DNA of 64,000 nt from Camelus ferus (GCF_009834535.1 NC_045697.1:13146001-13210000); one strand, 5' to 3'; numbered from the stretch's first letter, positions 39,671 to 53,236 are shown. The notes: generated by a model not told the origin, from the sequence alone. Translations and numbers: made by a program.

Positions 39671-42574
39671 ATACAATTAGTAAGAAACCATTTATAGAAA
39701 TATGTATCTAATTTTTTAAATTAATAGTGTCTGAAACTATTATTAAACATGTGAAACTAGAAACTCATTAAATGCTCCAAAATCATGGAATTAATACATT
39801 CTTTTTTTATGAAATAGTGTCAGTAGGTATCAAAAACTATATTTTCAAGCATTAGTCATGATATCTGAATATAACCGAGTACAATATTAAATGAAAAGTA
39901 CAGTGCACACAACAATGTATAGTGTGATCTTAGAGCTGATTATTATAAAAATAAAGGAAAGAAATGAATTCACTTCTCCTAAAATATGTATTTGTTATTC
40001 AATTTTTTTCATATTTTTCTCTATTTTCACATTTTTCATATTTTTCTCTATTTTCTAGATTAAACCATAATGAGAATATATTGTTATAAGGTATTTGAGT
40101 TTTATAATCAGCATTTGTGTTTTCTCATTGTAGAACATAGTATCTGAATTTAATTTCTTTTTTCAAAGTAGGGAGGACAGATAAGAATCTCTATTTTTAT
40201 GTTACGGACCAGTTGAAATCTCTCTAATCACCATTCATTCTTCTTAAAAGAAATTCAAACTTCTTTCAGCAGCCTCTAATGCAAAAGTCATTATGAGTAG
40301 GGAACCAAGCTAGTCATATTCAAGAAAAGTATTTTGGGAGGTGAGACTGATTCATTAAAGTAGCATCAGATGAGAGAAAATCAAACCCTGTTTGGAGACA
40401 GCTCTTCACATGGAACATCGTCAAAATCATGCATCCTCACTTGCTTGAGCTGAAGAAAGACATTAGCGTTTTGTTTTCACTTAATTCTTTATTCATCTGT
40501 ATTTATTTGATGTTTCCCATTTTGTATACAATCTAAACTGCCAAGAGAACCCCACAATTAATTGCTTTCATGTATTAGTGAGCATTGACACTAGTTAGCA
40601 GTCTTGGAGAAATAGCCATGGTTAATCTGTTCTAATTATTATGTATTTTTAAGAGTTAGCGGTAACACCACAGATTACTCAGCAATCAGTTAGCTACACT
40701 TAGAAAATCCATTTCAGCCTGGAAATTTTCTATTTTTTTTTTCTTTTTATTTGTTTGGTTGTATAAGTAGGGATCAGGGATCCATTTTTATATGTACCTT
40801 TCAAAATTAAATTTGGCTAAAGCAGTGAGACTTTATTTCCAAATAACTTAGTTCAATGTAGTCAACACAAACACAGATAAAGTTGGATTGTTCAGCAATT
40901 TTATTTTTCTGAGTCTTCAAACAAATAATTAGCTTGAATCATAAAAGGAACAGTCTTACTGTTTGTAAGTATAAGAACTTTTGGTATTAATGAAGACTTT
41001 GGATATTTTAAAACATGCTTTCTGTTGTTTTTCTGTAAGTTTAAAATATCATTAACTCAAACATTACTATGCAGAAAATTTCAACCAAATGTAAAACAAA
41101 GATTGGCATATCTTTTCAAAATAAGGAAGAGAGAGATTGTTACTAAGAATACACAGTAGGAAAGGGAGAATCAGTAACTGACAATTTAAACTTCTAAGGA
41201 TCAAGAGAGAAAGCCATCTGGATTTAATCAGCATAAATCTATAGCTTGCATTAGCTCCACAATTAAGATAGTCATAAAAATCCACTGTGCCAGAGCTTTC
41301 CTGAATCATAATTTAACCATGATACTTTATCAAATAACTCTTTCATGCTTCAATTTAAGACTGCAAAGAAAATGCATAAAGCAAATAGGTGCTGAAAAAG
41401 AAAAAAAAAAATTTACCAATTGGCTGTTACTTTTCTTCTGGTTGATATAACTGATTAGAAATCATTCTTTTACTGATTTGATCATTCTAATTTAATAGTC
41501 TATGATATTATTTATCCACAAGATATATTTTTATAATAATAACAGATTAAGTAGATTTGCATTTCATAAATCAAATGAAAAGAAAATCTGGATATTTTAA
41601 TTTTAGAAGAAGCAATTATTATATCATCATAGTAACAGTGTATGGGAAACCATGGGGTCTAGATCCAGGGTGCTTGAATTTTAGAGGACAACTTGGCATT
41701 TATATATTACATTTCATTTTGTTGCATTTTACATACATATTTAAAATATTATCAAATTTCAGAAAATATGGGAGATACATGGGTGAATTTAAAAACAAAA
41801 AAGAAATAAAGGAAAAGTATTAAATTGGAAAATGGTAGAAATCAGACTGAACATTTGAACAGTGGACTGGTCAAATCAAGAAAAAGCTTCTATCACGTAT
41901 TTGTGTCTTTTAGAGAAAAATTTTAGGAAATGAGGCAGAAATGAAATTTGGAGCTTGGCAAACACAGGACATTCAGAGTCACTAGATATTCAGAGGAATG
42001 TTGGGGAAGAAAATGAGATTTTCAATATTTCCTGAGATGATGTCCAACCTAATTTTTTTAAATCTCTAAAAGTAAAATGACTTCAATGAGCATTTGGATT
42101 GCTAAGTACTGAGCTGAAGGAGACAGTCAATAGGTTTGAGAGAGAAAAGAACAAGGAATCTGTGAAGATATGGATGAGAACCTGGGCAAAGGGTAGAGAA
42201 TAATAAAAGCTCAGTACAGAAAGATTCAGCTAAATAAAGAAACATTTATCTATGGCTATGACATAGATGAGCAAATAATCTTCCATAAACAAAGCTTAAA
42301 ATGTTAACAGTGGTTGAGTTCATTAAGCATGAGGCTATCAGAAAAGTAAAAAAAAAAAAAAAAAAGGGCCCAACAGAGGATGTATCCGGACCTAGTCAGA
42401 AAGGAATGAGAAGGAATGAAGATAATTAAATGCCATCTTACTCTCAAAGGAATGAGGAAATTAAGTACCGTCACATACCTGGATGAGGGAAGACTTTGTG
42501 CAAGAAGATTCCTGTAGAACGGTTGCCTGTGGAAATACCTGCCTTTCTCCAATTAGGGGAAAAGTAGTTTTATC

Positions 42575-42730
42575 CCCAGATCAGCTTGGAAAGTGCTGTA
42601 GAACACTATCACATTCCTCTATGAAGATTCGTAATTCTTATTAGCACGCTAAAGTTCCAGACACAGTGTGCATTAAAAAAATATTTTTAACCTATTTACC
42701 TGTATTTAACACAGTGTTAAAACTTCTTGC
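42575..42730. mobile_element. hAT-Charlie MER103-like fragment (opposite orientation to the 39.3 kb copy)
   Basis: 'gaagattcgtaattcttattagcacgctaaagttccagacacagtgtgcattaaaaaaa...tgtatttaacacagtgtt'. Confidence 0.45.
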
Positions 42731-43139
42731 AAAGGACATAGTTTATCCCTTCATGCAAGTGTGATTAATTTGGCATAACAATGTTGACAGAGAAAAGAAA
42801 GTTCAAAGATTTAAGCCTGTACCGAGCTGAGTTCCTGTGATTTTTCTGAACAGTAAACTGTACTTTCTGAAAACATCCATTTGTGTGTGTATGTGGTAAC
42901 AATTTTCTCTCTGAACGGATACTGGGTTTTGGACTAGAATGGAGAGCAAGCCGAGTAACCGGTACTGCCAAGTAACAATGAAATGCAGAGTAGGTTTCCC
43001 TGCCCTTTCCTCATAGACTCATGGATACCACAAGGAAAACCAAGACCAGTAGAGGCAGTGACTGCTCTGAGAGGGTCTTCTCTTTGAGTTTGCACAGATA
43101 GAGGACTTCTAATGTAAGGCATAGAGTTGGTTCTTATTC

Positions 43140-43512
43140 CAAAAGAACAAATAACTTGTAGTATACACATATGACAGAGTAATACGGAGAAATACATTCA
43201 GTGAACTACTGACGCGTATACAGCAGGAATGAATCTTGAACATTATGATTAGCAAATGCAACCAGAGGACTAGATACCGTATGGATCCATTTATAGGAAG
43301 TTCTAAAAGAGGCAAACATAATGAATGAGGAAAAAAGTCAGAAAAGTGGGGATTCAGATGTGTTGGCTGACAAGAAGCACAGTGGAATTTTCGTGGGGGC
43401 TGGAAAGGTTCTCTCTTGACAGTGGTGTAGATGGTGTCACATCCATCTAATAGTACACTTGAGATCTATTCATATCATTATACATAAATTTCACATCCCC
43501 CCATTAAAAAGA
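43140..43512 (+). mobile_element. L1ME-type 3' end
   Basis: 'atgaatcttgaacattatg...ataccgtatggatccatttataggaagttctaaaagaggcaaa...gggggctggaaaggttctctcttga...gtacacttgagat'. Confidence 0.8.
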
Positions 43513-43519
43513 GGTATAC

Positions 43520-44845
43520 AAAATTTGGGGCTCTAGTTAGCAGAGTTTTTTTTTTTTTTAAATAATGATATTGGTTCAGAACTCAGGAACTACTTTTTAT
43601 GTATTTTTAACTTGAGAAATGAGTAAATATATTAAAGATAACAGGAGACGAGTTTCTTGCTATTGGTTAAAAAAGTTCTTGATATAAAAAAGTGTAAAAT
43701 TAAATATACCCTGCAGTGCTGGAGCGGAACTGAATACCTCAGAATGTACTCATATTTCATAAACAAACATATACATGTATACATATATGTGTATAAGTGC
43801 ACACACATATATATGTAAATACACACACAAACATATGGGAAGAGAGTGAGAGAGAGAAATAGGCAAATATACTTGTATTTCTGTGGACAGACACAAACAC
43901 ATACATACAGAGAGAAAGAAACAAATAGAAATAGGTAAATATGTTTATATATGTGCATATAAATATATACTTACATGTGCACGTGTGTGTGTGCACACAT
44001 TTCCCATCTCTGTATGTTGAGCAGGGCTAGAACCATTATTGTCAATTCATTAGAAATGTGCAAATTGTTTCCAAATCCTGCTTTCCAGTAACAATAACTA
44101 TGGATTCTTGGAGAAAAAGCTAAATGCAGGATTGGGGCAGAATATCTGGATCATCAATAGATAAGAAATTAATAAAGTTATTTAAGAATGATGGGAACTT
44201 ATCAAAAGCACAGAGGAGCCAACTTGAGAGAGCTCCACCTCTCCAAGACTGGGAAATTTTGAGGACTGATGTAAATAATGGCAATAATGTATTACAGCTC
44301 ACTGAATAATATAAAAACCCTCGAGTCTATCGTTGTATCAATAGATCAATCAGTTAATCAATAGAGAGAGAGAAAGCAAAGCTCTTCCTTACAGTAGAAT
44401 ATTAAATAAAAAATATAGAAGGAATGATGGAATAAGAAAATTACTAGATGCTCAAACTAATGAGTACATTTTTAATGACTTGCAAGGTATTACATTATAA
44501 CATGGTATCTCCCCACAAATTACCTAGTTGACACAAAGGAAACTTCATGGTGGAAAAGTTGAAATCTCCAATATTGAGAAAAATCAACATCCTATGATGT
44601 GATGCACAAAAAAGGGCATATCACTTCTGATATTCCTCCAAACATGCACAAATAAATCTAGACATAAATAGAATGGAATTCTATAAAATGCCTGGTTTAT
44701 GCTCTTAGGAAATGTCAAGATTAAGAAAAATATTGAAAGAGACAAAGGAAATAGGGCAACTGAATTAGTGAAGGATTCTGCATTGAATCCTGGAATAAGT
44801 AGCTATAAGGAATAATATTGGGGCAATTACAGAAACTTGACTATG
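43520..44845 (+). mobile_element. L1MC3/L1MC4-type long 3'UTR with internal TA/CA-rich simple repeat
   Basis: 'aaatgagtaaatatattaaagataacaggag...ttcttggagaaa...gatgggaacttatcaaaagcacagaggagccaacttga...aaagctcttccttacagtagaat'. Confidence 0.8.
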
Positions 44846-44904
44846 GATAATGGAGTTCTATCCAAGATCAACCATCTCTTTTTGTATAAGTTCTGATAAC
44901 AGAT

Positions 44905-45040
44905 GTCAGACTTTGGGAACCATATGGTTTTTATTGAAACTACTTAACTATGTGTTGTTAACAAGAAGGTAGTAGAGATAGTATGTGAATGAATGAGTTC
45001 AACTGTGTTCAAAATAAACTTTATTTATAAAAACAAGTGA
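44905..45040 (+). mobile_element. MER58A (hAT-Charlie MITE) fragment
   Basis: 'actttgggaaccatatggttt...aactacttaactatg...tgaatgaatgagttcaactgtgttcaaaataaactttatttataaaaaca'. Confidence 0.75.
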
Positions 45041-45099
45041 TATAATAACAGAGTCCAGACTAATATACAAGGGAATGTTCTCCTTCTTTTTCTGTCTTA

Positions 45100-45660
45100 T
45101 CTGGAATTAATAGAAAATTTTATATAGTTTTATTTTATCTTGCCTTTTGGCATATCAATCATATTTCTTTATAAATAGTTTTACCTTTAAACAACATTGT
45201 ATCACTTCACATTATTGCAGGCACCTTACAACAGAGTATTTCCAATTCTTTTCTCCTGTAACTTATGGCATTGCTGTCTTTCACTTCATTTATCCATATC
45301 ATGCAATTACCCAGTACATTGTCATTATTATGTTAACAGTTACCTTATAGATCAATTAAGAAGAAAAAAATAATTTTTAAATTTTACCTTTCTTGATTCC
45401 TTCACTTATGACCTTCCTTCCTTTTTGTAGCTACAAGTTCTGACCCATATAATTTTTCCCTTTGGCTGAAGAACTTCTTTTAACATTTCTTACAGGATGG
45501 ATCTGCTGGGAGCAGGTCTGAAGTGTTCCTCCATTTTTTGTTTGTTCAAAGAATGTCTGATCCTCTGCATTCTCCTATCTCCCCAGGTTTGTTCACTTTT
45601 TCTTGCTGTAAAGACAGGAGTAATGGCTTCTAAGCTCTTTAACTGTCAGGGCTGTATAAA
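45100..45660 (-). mobile_element. Old L1M (L1MC/MD) ORF1/inter-ORF remnant
   Basis: 'gatcaattaagaagaaaaaaataat...ggctgaagaacttcttttaacatttcttacagg...gatctgctgg'. Confidence 0.7.
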
Positions 45661-46331
45661 GAAATATTTCAACTGAGTGTTTGAAATAAATGTCTTCTTG
45701 GGATTCCCCTTTAGCCCATCCTTATATTACAGGAATCTTCAGTCTAAAACACAAATATAATTTACTTTCATTCTGGGGAAAGGGACCCTCTGTGAAATAT
45801 GCTCAGATTTTCCAGTAAATGAATTGTCCCATTAAAGAATTCAACTGCATTTCATAGAAGCACCTTGTTCAGCTATAGGTCTTTCTTTTGGAGGATCCTT
45901 ATTTTCTAAAGTTCCTATATACTTATGTGGATGTGATTGGCAGTTCCTACTGATCTAGTGGTATCCTAGATAATATTTAACAAGTTTTATGTCTGTTTAT
46001 TTTAAATATATTCAATCATCATGTCTAAAAAATCCCCTGCATAATTCTAAATAAAACTCAGAAAATAGCATCACGTTACAACCTAGTACCTATACCTGCA
46101 ATATTGCCATATCTTTCTTATAACTCTTACGGAACCCAAGACTTCAAAAGAAAGAATAGGGGTTTTGATAACACTTAATCTCATGCACTTTAATCCACTC
46201 ATTTCCTTTTTTCCTTCTCCCTTGCCTTCTTTCTCTCATTTCCCCAGTCCTTTCTTTCATTTCTGATTCTTTCCTCTTCCTATTCTGCCTTCTCTTGATT
46301 TAATTCCATTTGCTTATTGCTTATTCATTCA

Positions 46332-46523
46332 TTTTTTTCCTTCCTTCCTTCCTTCTTTCTTCCTTCCTCCCTCCCTTCCTCTCTTTCTCTTTCTTCCCAC
46401 CTTCCTTCCCTCTCTTTCTTCCTTCCTTCCTTCCCTCTCTTCCTTCCTTCTTTCTCTTTCTTTCTCTCTTTCTTTCTTTCTTTCTTTCCTTCTTTCCTTC
46501 TTTCTTTCCTTTCTTCTCTTCTT
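46332..46523. repeat. Polypyrimidine/polypurine tract (CCTT/CTTT/CT mosaic)
   Basis: About 190 bp of C/T on the + strand with a single A at 46399. Confidence 0.97.
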
Positions 46524-47378
46524 GAAGTTTCATTGCTTAATGCCTCTTTCCTCTCAACATATTACTTAAAGCCTTATATCTTATAGTGACTATTTAATAC
46601 AGGAGTAACATTGATGACTTAAGCATTTGCTGACCTCTCATTTATGGAAAACAGAAGAAAGAAAACGTACTGATACATTGATTTCCAAGAACTGACTAAT
46701 AGAATACTTCCATTATTCTCAGAGAACAAAGGCATTGATAATTTTGTAGCTTTTGCATAACTGATTTTTTTCATATTATGACTAATGTAGTTTGCTTAGG
46801 CTGAAATTACTGTAAAAATCCTCTGAATCTGTTTTGTCATTCATCTTTGGGGTGAAAGTTTACAGTTGCTAAAGTTACCTTCTGGTATGTGCTACTGCAT
46901 GGGAAGCCAAATAATTGCTTGATGTCTTGAAGTTAATACCACCTCATTCTTTCACAGTGAAGAAAAATTAATAAAACTGTAGACATGGAAAATTTTTGGA
47001 ATTCTGCTTGGAGAGAATGAATTTAGTGCAGAATCATGAATATGGTAACCAAATGACCACTAAGCCACCCACAACTTTTAAGACTTTAAAAAATAGATGA
47101 GGAAGGAAAAGGAAGACCATATACTGCACAATTAAATGCTAAGCTTTTGAGCTTAGAGAATCAGTGTTATACTGTTTCCTATTCTCTATACTGGCATCAC
47201 CTCCAAGGGGCTAAGAGCACAATAACTTCCTGATTAGCACATAATATAACTAGTATACATTAGCAATTCAGGAACCAGCACTGATTGGCTAAGGGACTGT
47301 GGTTTCCCTGCTGGCTTTAGAGACACAACTTGGCTACACTTCTTAAGAAAAGGGTGAAGGAAGGGAAAAAATTAATAA

Positions 47379-47959
47379 CATGGATGTTTTAAAATATGTC
47401 TTCAAATTCTTTTGACATTCCTTTCACTGAAATAGGGGTCTATGTTCCCTTTCCTTAAAATTGGATGTACATTTGTGGCTGTTTCAACCAATAGAGTTCA
47501 AAAGGAAATAATATTAGTGACATGTGAAGCTAGACCATAAAATATGGTGTCGCTTCAGCCTTGATCATTGGAATAATCACACTTGAAGTCCTTGGATGCC
47601 ATGTGACCACTATCACAGTTGTCAAACCGAGAGGAAGGTGAAAGTAGCCCCATGGAGAGATTACATATAGGGGCTTTGAGACCACACAGACACACACACG
47701 TGCATGTATGCACACATGCCCCACCTACACACATACTTGCACAGGCCCAGAAAGCCCCTGTTGTTCCAGTCACCTGATGTTCCAGTTCCACCCATAATCT
47801 GACTGTTACTGCATGAGAGAACCCAAACCAGAACTCCCGATCTCAGTCCATCTCCATTTCCTAGTCCACAGAATCCAAGACAGCATGAAACATAACATAG
47901 TGACGACTGCTGTTTTAAGACTCTAACGAGCTGTTGCACAGCAATAGGTGGCCAGGACA
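47379..47959 (+). mobile_element. MaLR solo LTR, MLT1G-like
   Basis: 'caaattcttttgacattcct...ggggtctatgttccctttcctt...caaccaatagagt...actgcatgagagaacccaaaccagaact...gcacagcaataggtggccaggaca'. Confidence 0.85.
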
Positions 47960-48091
47960 AGTGCGATTCTTGTTTGTTTTTCTTTTGCCTCATAGGATCT
48001 CAAACTTAATGATGCGTGGTTGCACATAGTGTTTGAAATGAGTGTAGAGTTAAAGAGTCATTAAGTATACAATAACCAGAAAATACTCACC

Positions 48092-48146
48092 TGTATTCAC
48101 TAATGCAGGGTTCTGCAGAGAAAAAGGAACCAATAGGATGTGTATG

Positions 48147-48204
<58 letters not shown>

Positions 48205-48574
48205 CAGATATATAAATTTATATTAAGCAATTGGCTCACATAACTGTGGAGGCTAGGAGAGAGAGAGAGGTGATCTGGAGATCCAAGAAAGAGTTGCAGT
48301 TTGAATCCAGAGACAGTCTACTGGTGAACCAGGAAGAGTTGATGATGCAGGAAAAGTCCAAAGGTGGTCTGTTGACAGAATTCCTTCTTGTTCAGGGGAG
48401 GTCAGCCTTTTGTTCTAGTCAGATCTTTAACTTCTTGGATGAGGCCCATCCACATTCTAGAGGGCAACCCACTTTACTAAAAATATACTTATTTAAATAT
48501 AAATCTTATCCAAGAATCACATTTATATTCTGAATAACATCCCAGCTGAGTTGACAGAGAATTAATCATCTCAC
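48092..48574 (-). mobile_element. ERVL LTR, MLT2B-like
   Basis: 'tgtatt...cagggttctgcagagaaaaaggaaccaataggatg...aattggctcac...ttggatgaggcccatccacatt...agttgacagagaattaatcatctca'. Confidence 0.9.
48147..48204. repeat. Perfect (TAGA)14 tetranucleotide microsatellite
   Basis: 14 uninterrupted TAGA units inside the MLT2 LTR. Confidence 0.97.
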
Positions 48575-50104
48575 CCCTTGAGTTAAAAGCAAGGTGGTCT
48601 CTTTTGATATAAGGTCAAATTTATTCATTAATTGCTTTAAAGACTGAAGAGAATTTTTTAAACATTTCTGTGCCTGATTATCTCCTGTATGTCATTGGTT
48701 TAATAATATAATTTATAAGAATGTTATAAAAATATAAATAAAAGCTACTGATATGTCTAACACAGTGCCTGGCATAGAGTAAGCATCAATAAGTGGTAAC
48801 CCTTGTACTCTTCACTTTAACATGTGTCACGGATAAACAGAGAAACATGCAACAGTAGGCTTGGTACCTTGGGGGTCATCTAGTCCACACCTAAATCAAA
48901 AGCATCCTACTATTATTTTTGTGTATTGAATAGAAGCTGGAATAGGAAAGGCAACATTGCACTACCTGTGCAACCAGGTCTCCTACTTCCTGGCAGAGTT
49001 ACTAACCGAGTCATTTAGTTGAGCCCTTAAGAGGCATGAGTCCCTCCCAACACCATACTGCCAGCAACCACTATCAACAAATATGACTTGGTTATTTAAC
49101 TAAGAGGAAGCCTATTGATTTCCTGACCATGGATCCAGTTAATTCCACCACAGTCATTAAATATACATTCCGGACCACCTACTATGTGCCATGCCCTGTG
49201 TCCTTTTAACATATGTTACTTTGCTCTTCACGTTTATTAATTTCCCTCTATGTTTTATGTATGCAGGAATAGCCCCACTTAATAAAAATTAACATGGGAG
49301 ACATCTTATGTTTATTATGTGCTACTTTACCCTGAATTGATTTATGAAAGGAAAAGCGGGGTTAGGAGACAGATGTGGGAGAAATTTACCTGGGTGCAAC
49401 TACTGAGGTAATTTCCAAGTTCTGAGGCCACCTTCAGAAGCTGAGATAAAAGAAAAACAGAGAAATATAATGACACAAAGAATTCATTCAGTTCAAGTGG
49501 TAAAATAAAGGTATAGTATTTCAAGCATAAATTGACCAATTCTGTTTCTGTATAACTCAGTAAAATACTGAGCATCAGGTACGTTCAAACCAGAATAAGT
49601 AATCTTTGAAGTAGGCTGACTATGACATTAGCTAGCTAAAAGAGATAACGAATATTGGGGAAATGTGAAAGCAAATTTCTTTATTTATTAAGATGGGTCT
49701 TCAAGGTCAGGTTCCTTTCTTTTTGGGGATGAGTATATGAAGATGGAATTTCATTCGTAGAGGGACTTGGAAGATGGAAGAGACTCAAACAGTTTCTAGT
49801 ACCGGGGGACAAGCTCTGACTGGACCCAGGCTCACAGATTGATGCAAGACAATAGATAGTTCTTAAGTCCCAAAGTGTCCATTTAGTTCTTATTAAGTGT
49901 TTGTTGTCCAGAATAATTGTTTGTCCTTGAAGCTGCAAGGGTGCTGAGATTTCTGAAAAGAGAAAACTGGTTCCTACTACAGGAAAGGCAGGGACGCTGC
50001 ATCCAGGAAGCATACAGAACCTGAAACTTCATAACCCTCCTCTTGCCTTCTTAGGGAAGTCTAGTGGGACTTCCAGTGGGTTATAAAATGTTTAATAATT
50101 TGTC

Positions 50105-50760
50105 ATTTCTAACTTTTTGGTACAATTTTAAATTGATATAGGGAACTACCCTATACCTTAAATTCAGATTCACTAATTGTTTACATTTTCTCTGTTTTGT
50201 TATTATCCTTCTCTCATATGTATGTGTATATATATATTTATTTCTGAATGTTTGAGATTAAGTTAGGCACATCATAATAACCCTTTATCACTCTATGAGT
50301 TAAAATGTGTTCCCCCAAAAAGCTATGTTGGAGTCCTAATCTCAGGATCTCAGAATGTGACCATATTTAGAAATAGTCTCTGTGAAGTTAACCAAGTTAG
50401 AATAAGGTGATTTAGGTGAGTCCTAATCCAATACAACTGTTAATCTTATAAAAAGTGAAAAAAATGGGCACAGGTACACACACAGGGAGACTGGAATTAA
50501 ACTGCCACAAGTCAAAGAACTACCAAAAACCAAAAGAGAGGTCTGGATCAATTCCTTACCTAGAAACTTCAGAGGGAACATGGCTCTGCTGATACCTTAA
50601 TCTTGGACTTTTAGCCTCCAGAATTGCTAACAATACATTTCTGTTGTTGAAGCCACCAAGTTTGTGGCACTTTATTGTGGCAGCTCTAGCAGACTAACAC
50701 AATCCTTAAATATATGAGGGCATTTTCTAAAGACAAGTACATTTTCTTACATAAATGTAT
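50105..50760 (-). mobile_element. L1MC4/5-type 3' end interrupted by an MLT1 LTR
   Basis: 'tttctgaatgtttgagattaagttaggcacatcat...ccctttatc' resumes after the LTR as 'cttaaatatatgagggcattttctaaagacaagtacattttcttacataa'. Confidence 0.7.
50290..50701 (+). mobile_element. MaLR solo LTR, MLT1B/C-like
   Basis: 'tgtgttcccccaaaaagctatgttggagtcctaatc...cagaatgtgaccatattt...tcttggacttttagcctccagaattg...aagccaccaagtttgtggcacttt...gactaacaca'. Confidence 0.92.
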
Positions 50761-50779
50761 ATTTTTTTCTTTTTCATCC

Positions 50780-51670
50780 TTTTTCTCTCCTCTTCTCCAT
50801 TTTTCTCCTTTCCGCTGGAACTCCAGTCATGCAAGACATATATTTGGCTGCTTGATATTGTCTTCCTCAAAACCAGTTTTACTTACTTCTCTCATATTTT
50901 TTATATCTCTATTCCTCAGATTGGGTAATTTGTATTCATAAACATTTAAGTCAATTGCCCATTTCTTCTGCCTTCACCAATGGGCTGTTAAGCATAGCTA
51001 ATGATTTTTATTTTTTCTAATTTCAGACATTCAATTTCTAGTATGAGTATTTGTATGTGGTTATTATTTAAAGTTTCTACTTATTGGCAGAAAGTCTCCC
51101 ACCTGCTAATTAATTATAACAATGTTTTCCTTTAAAACTGTGAATGTATCATAATGATTGCTTTTAAAACCTTATTTTATAATTATAACATCTGGATCAT
51201 TTTGAGATTATTTACATTGACTCCTTTTTTCTGCTGTCTATGGTTCATATTTTCCTGTTTTTCTTTTTTTCTTTCCAAGTCTAGTAATTTGTGATTGTAT
51301 TCTGGAAATTAAGAATCATCCTTTATAGTGAGTTGGACTATTGTTAACTTGTAAAGAATGCTGTGTTTTTTGTTTTTCTTTTTTGTTGTTGTTGGCTTTT
51401 TTTTTTAATCTAACAAGCAGTAAATGTGGCTTGACTGAAACCTTGTCTTTCCTGCAATGATTAGCAGCAAAGACCTCTGCTCAGTTACCTCACCTTTCCA
51501 GTTCCTCCCCTATGCCTGGCTTCCGGCACGTCTCCCACCTGTGGGTAGCTCCGGGACTAGCTAAGGGAGTGTGTGGAGTTTACACACAGATCTGGAGTTC
51601 ATTCTCTATCCAAGGTTTTAGCCCTCACTTTTCAGCTGTTTGAGCCTCTCCAAACTCCATTCTCTAACCT
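50780..51670 (-). mobile_element. Old L1ME/HAL1-like 5' (ORF1) remnant
   Basis: T-rich 'ttctcctttccgctggaactccagt...ggctgcttgatattgtc...ctgttaagcatagctaatgatttttt...tatggttcatattttcctgttt'. Confidence 0.55.
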
Positions 51671-52304
51671 GATTGAAAAAAGCTACAAAAATATTTATTC
51701 TTTGGACTTATATTGAATTTGTATCCAACTGAATTCTCATTTTACTAATATTATATTTAAGTATTAGAACATTTAAAAAATTAATGCTTTTCATGTATCC
51801 ATTCAATCATTGATAGATTGGTATTTTTCTATGATTCCTTACATGTCAAATACAGTGATGTTGAGGCAGTCACACACGAGCAAGCTCTAGTATATATATT
51901 TAAATGGTGCTTAGTCAAGAGAATGAACCATGTAATCAAGAAAGGATCATATGAGTTGATAAAGGTGTATATCAAGTATTATGGAAACATTGTAAAATTA
52001 TAAAATAATAATTGAACTAGTGAAAGCTTCAAAAGGGAGGTAAAATTTGAGCATAATAGAATGAAATGATACATGAGTTTTTTGAGGTAGAGAAGTTGGA
52101 AGTGTTGAGCATTGCAAATATGGGAAACAGCCTACCCAAGGAACAGAGAAATGAATAAAATGAAATTTGCAAGCCATCGGGTACACATGAAAAACGAGAA
52201 GAAAAAAATAAGAAAGAAAAAGATGCTAGATAAATGATTTAGAACTTGAAGGACCTTCTATAATTTGTAAAGGTGTGGATTTTAGAAATTAAAACAAAAT
52301 ATAT

Positions 52305-52816
52305 GGATATGGAAGATAGAGAAGAAACCTAAGTGTCCATCAACAGATGAATGGATAAAGAAGATGAGGTATATTTATAATGGGATATTACTTAACCATA
52401 GAAAAGAACAAAATTTTGTCTTTGGAACTTGGTTGGATTTGGAGGACATTATGCTAAGTGAAATAAGTCAGATAGAGAAGTACAAATATGGTGCGATATC
52501 GCTTATATGTAGAATCTAAAAAATAAACTAGTGAGTATAACAAAAAAGATACAGACTCACAGATACAGAAAGCAAACTGGTGGTTACCAGTGGGGCAAAG
52601 GAAGAGGGGAGGGACAAGATAGGGGTAGAGGATTAAGAGGTACAAACTATTATGTATAAAATAAATAAGCTCTGAGGATATGTTGTACGACACAGGAAAT
52701 ATAGCCAACATTTTATAATAACAATCAATGGAGTATAACCTTTTAAAAATGTGAATCACTATGTTGCACACCTCTAACTTATACAATGTTGTACATCAAT
52801 TATACTTCAATAAAAT
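52305..52816 (+). mobile_element. 5'-truncated L1 (ORF2 C-terminus plus 3'UTR), artiodactyl-type, inserted in L2
   Basis: 'aacctaagtgtccatcaacagatgaatggataaagaagatg...ggacattatgctaagtgaaataagtcaga...gtggttaccagtgggg...tgttgtacatcaattatacttcaataaaa'. Confidence 0.95.
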
Positions 52817-53092
52817 CCAGAAGAAATTGACTGGCCTTAATGGAGAATAATGGCCATAATTGTATTTTGGAAGAATAACTTGTAGCAGTTATAATAACAT
52901 GAGATAGATGTTGGAAAAACCAGTTAGGTGAAAAATTCTGAAGATCTGTCATAATGGTAGAAAAGAGGTAACAGATTGAAGAAGCATTCAGAAAATCAAG
53001 TAAGTCAGGTGGGATATAAAAGGAATGACTCAAGGATGATCCTGGGGTTGCAGACTTGAGTAACTGAATATTTTAATCAGAGTAGATCTACT

Positions 53093-53236
53093 GGGGGAAG
53101 GTGTAGCTCAGTGATAGAGTGCATGCCTAGCATGCACAAGGTCCTAGGTTCAATCCCCAATACCTCCATTAAAGAAAAAAAGAAGATAAAATAAATAAAT
53201 AAAGCTAATTACTCCTCTCAAAATAAAGAACATAAA
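53093..53236 (+). mobile_element. tRNA-Ala-derived SINE, camelid Vic-1-like, full length with TSD
   Basis: 'gggggaaggtgtagctcagtgatagagtgcatgcctagcatgcacaaggtcctaggttcaatccccaatacctcca' (A and B boxes) plus an A-rich tail; flanks taatcagagtagatctact (53074-53092) and taatcagaatagatcaatt (53237-53255). Confidence 0.92.

Noticed and set aside
43632..43996. Y/I/C/V-rich ORFs
   Set aside because: Translations of TA/CA low-complexity sequence in an L1MC 3'UTR.
46310..46586. F/L/S/P-rich and K/E/R-rich ORFs
   Set aside because: Translations of the polypyrimidine tract.
52454..52786. 110-aa minus-strand ORF
   Set aside because: Antisense frame of an L1 3'UTR.
53093..53168. Possible functional tRNA-Ala gene
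   Set aside because: It has extra 5' bases, disrupted stems, an A-rich tail and a TSD, so it is a SINE copy.
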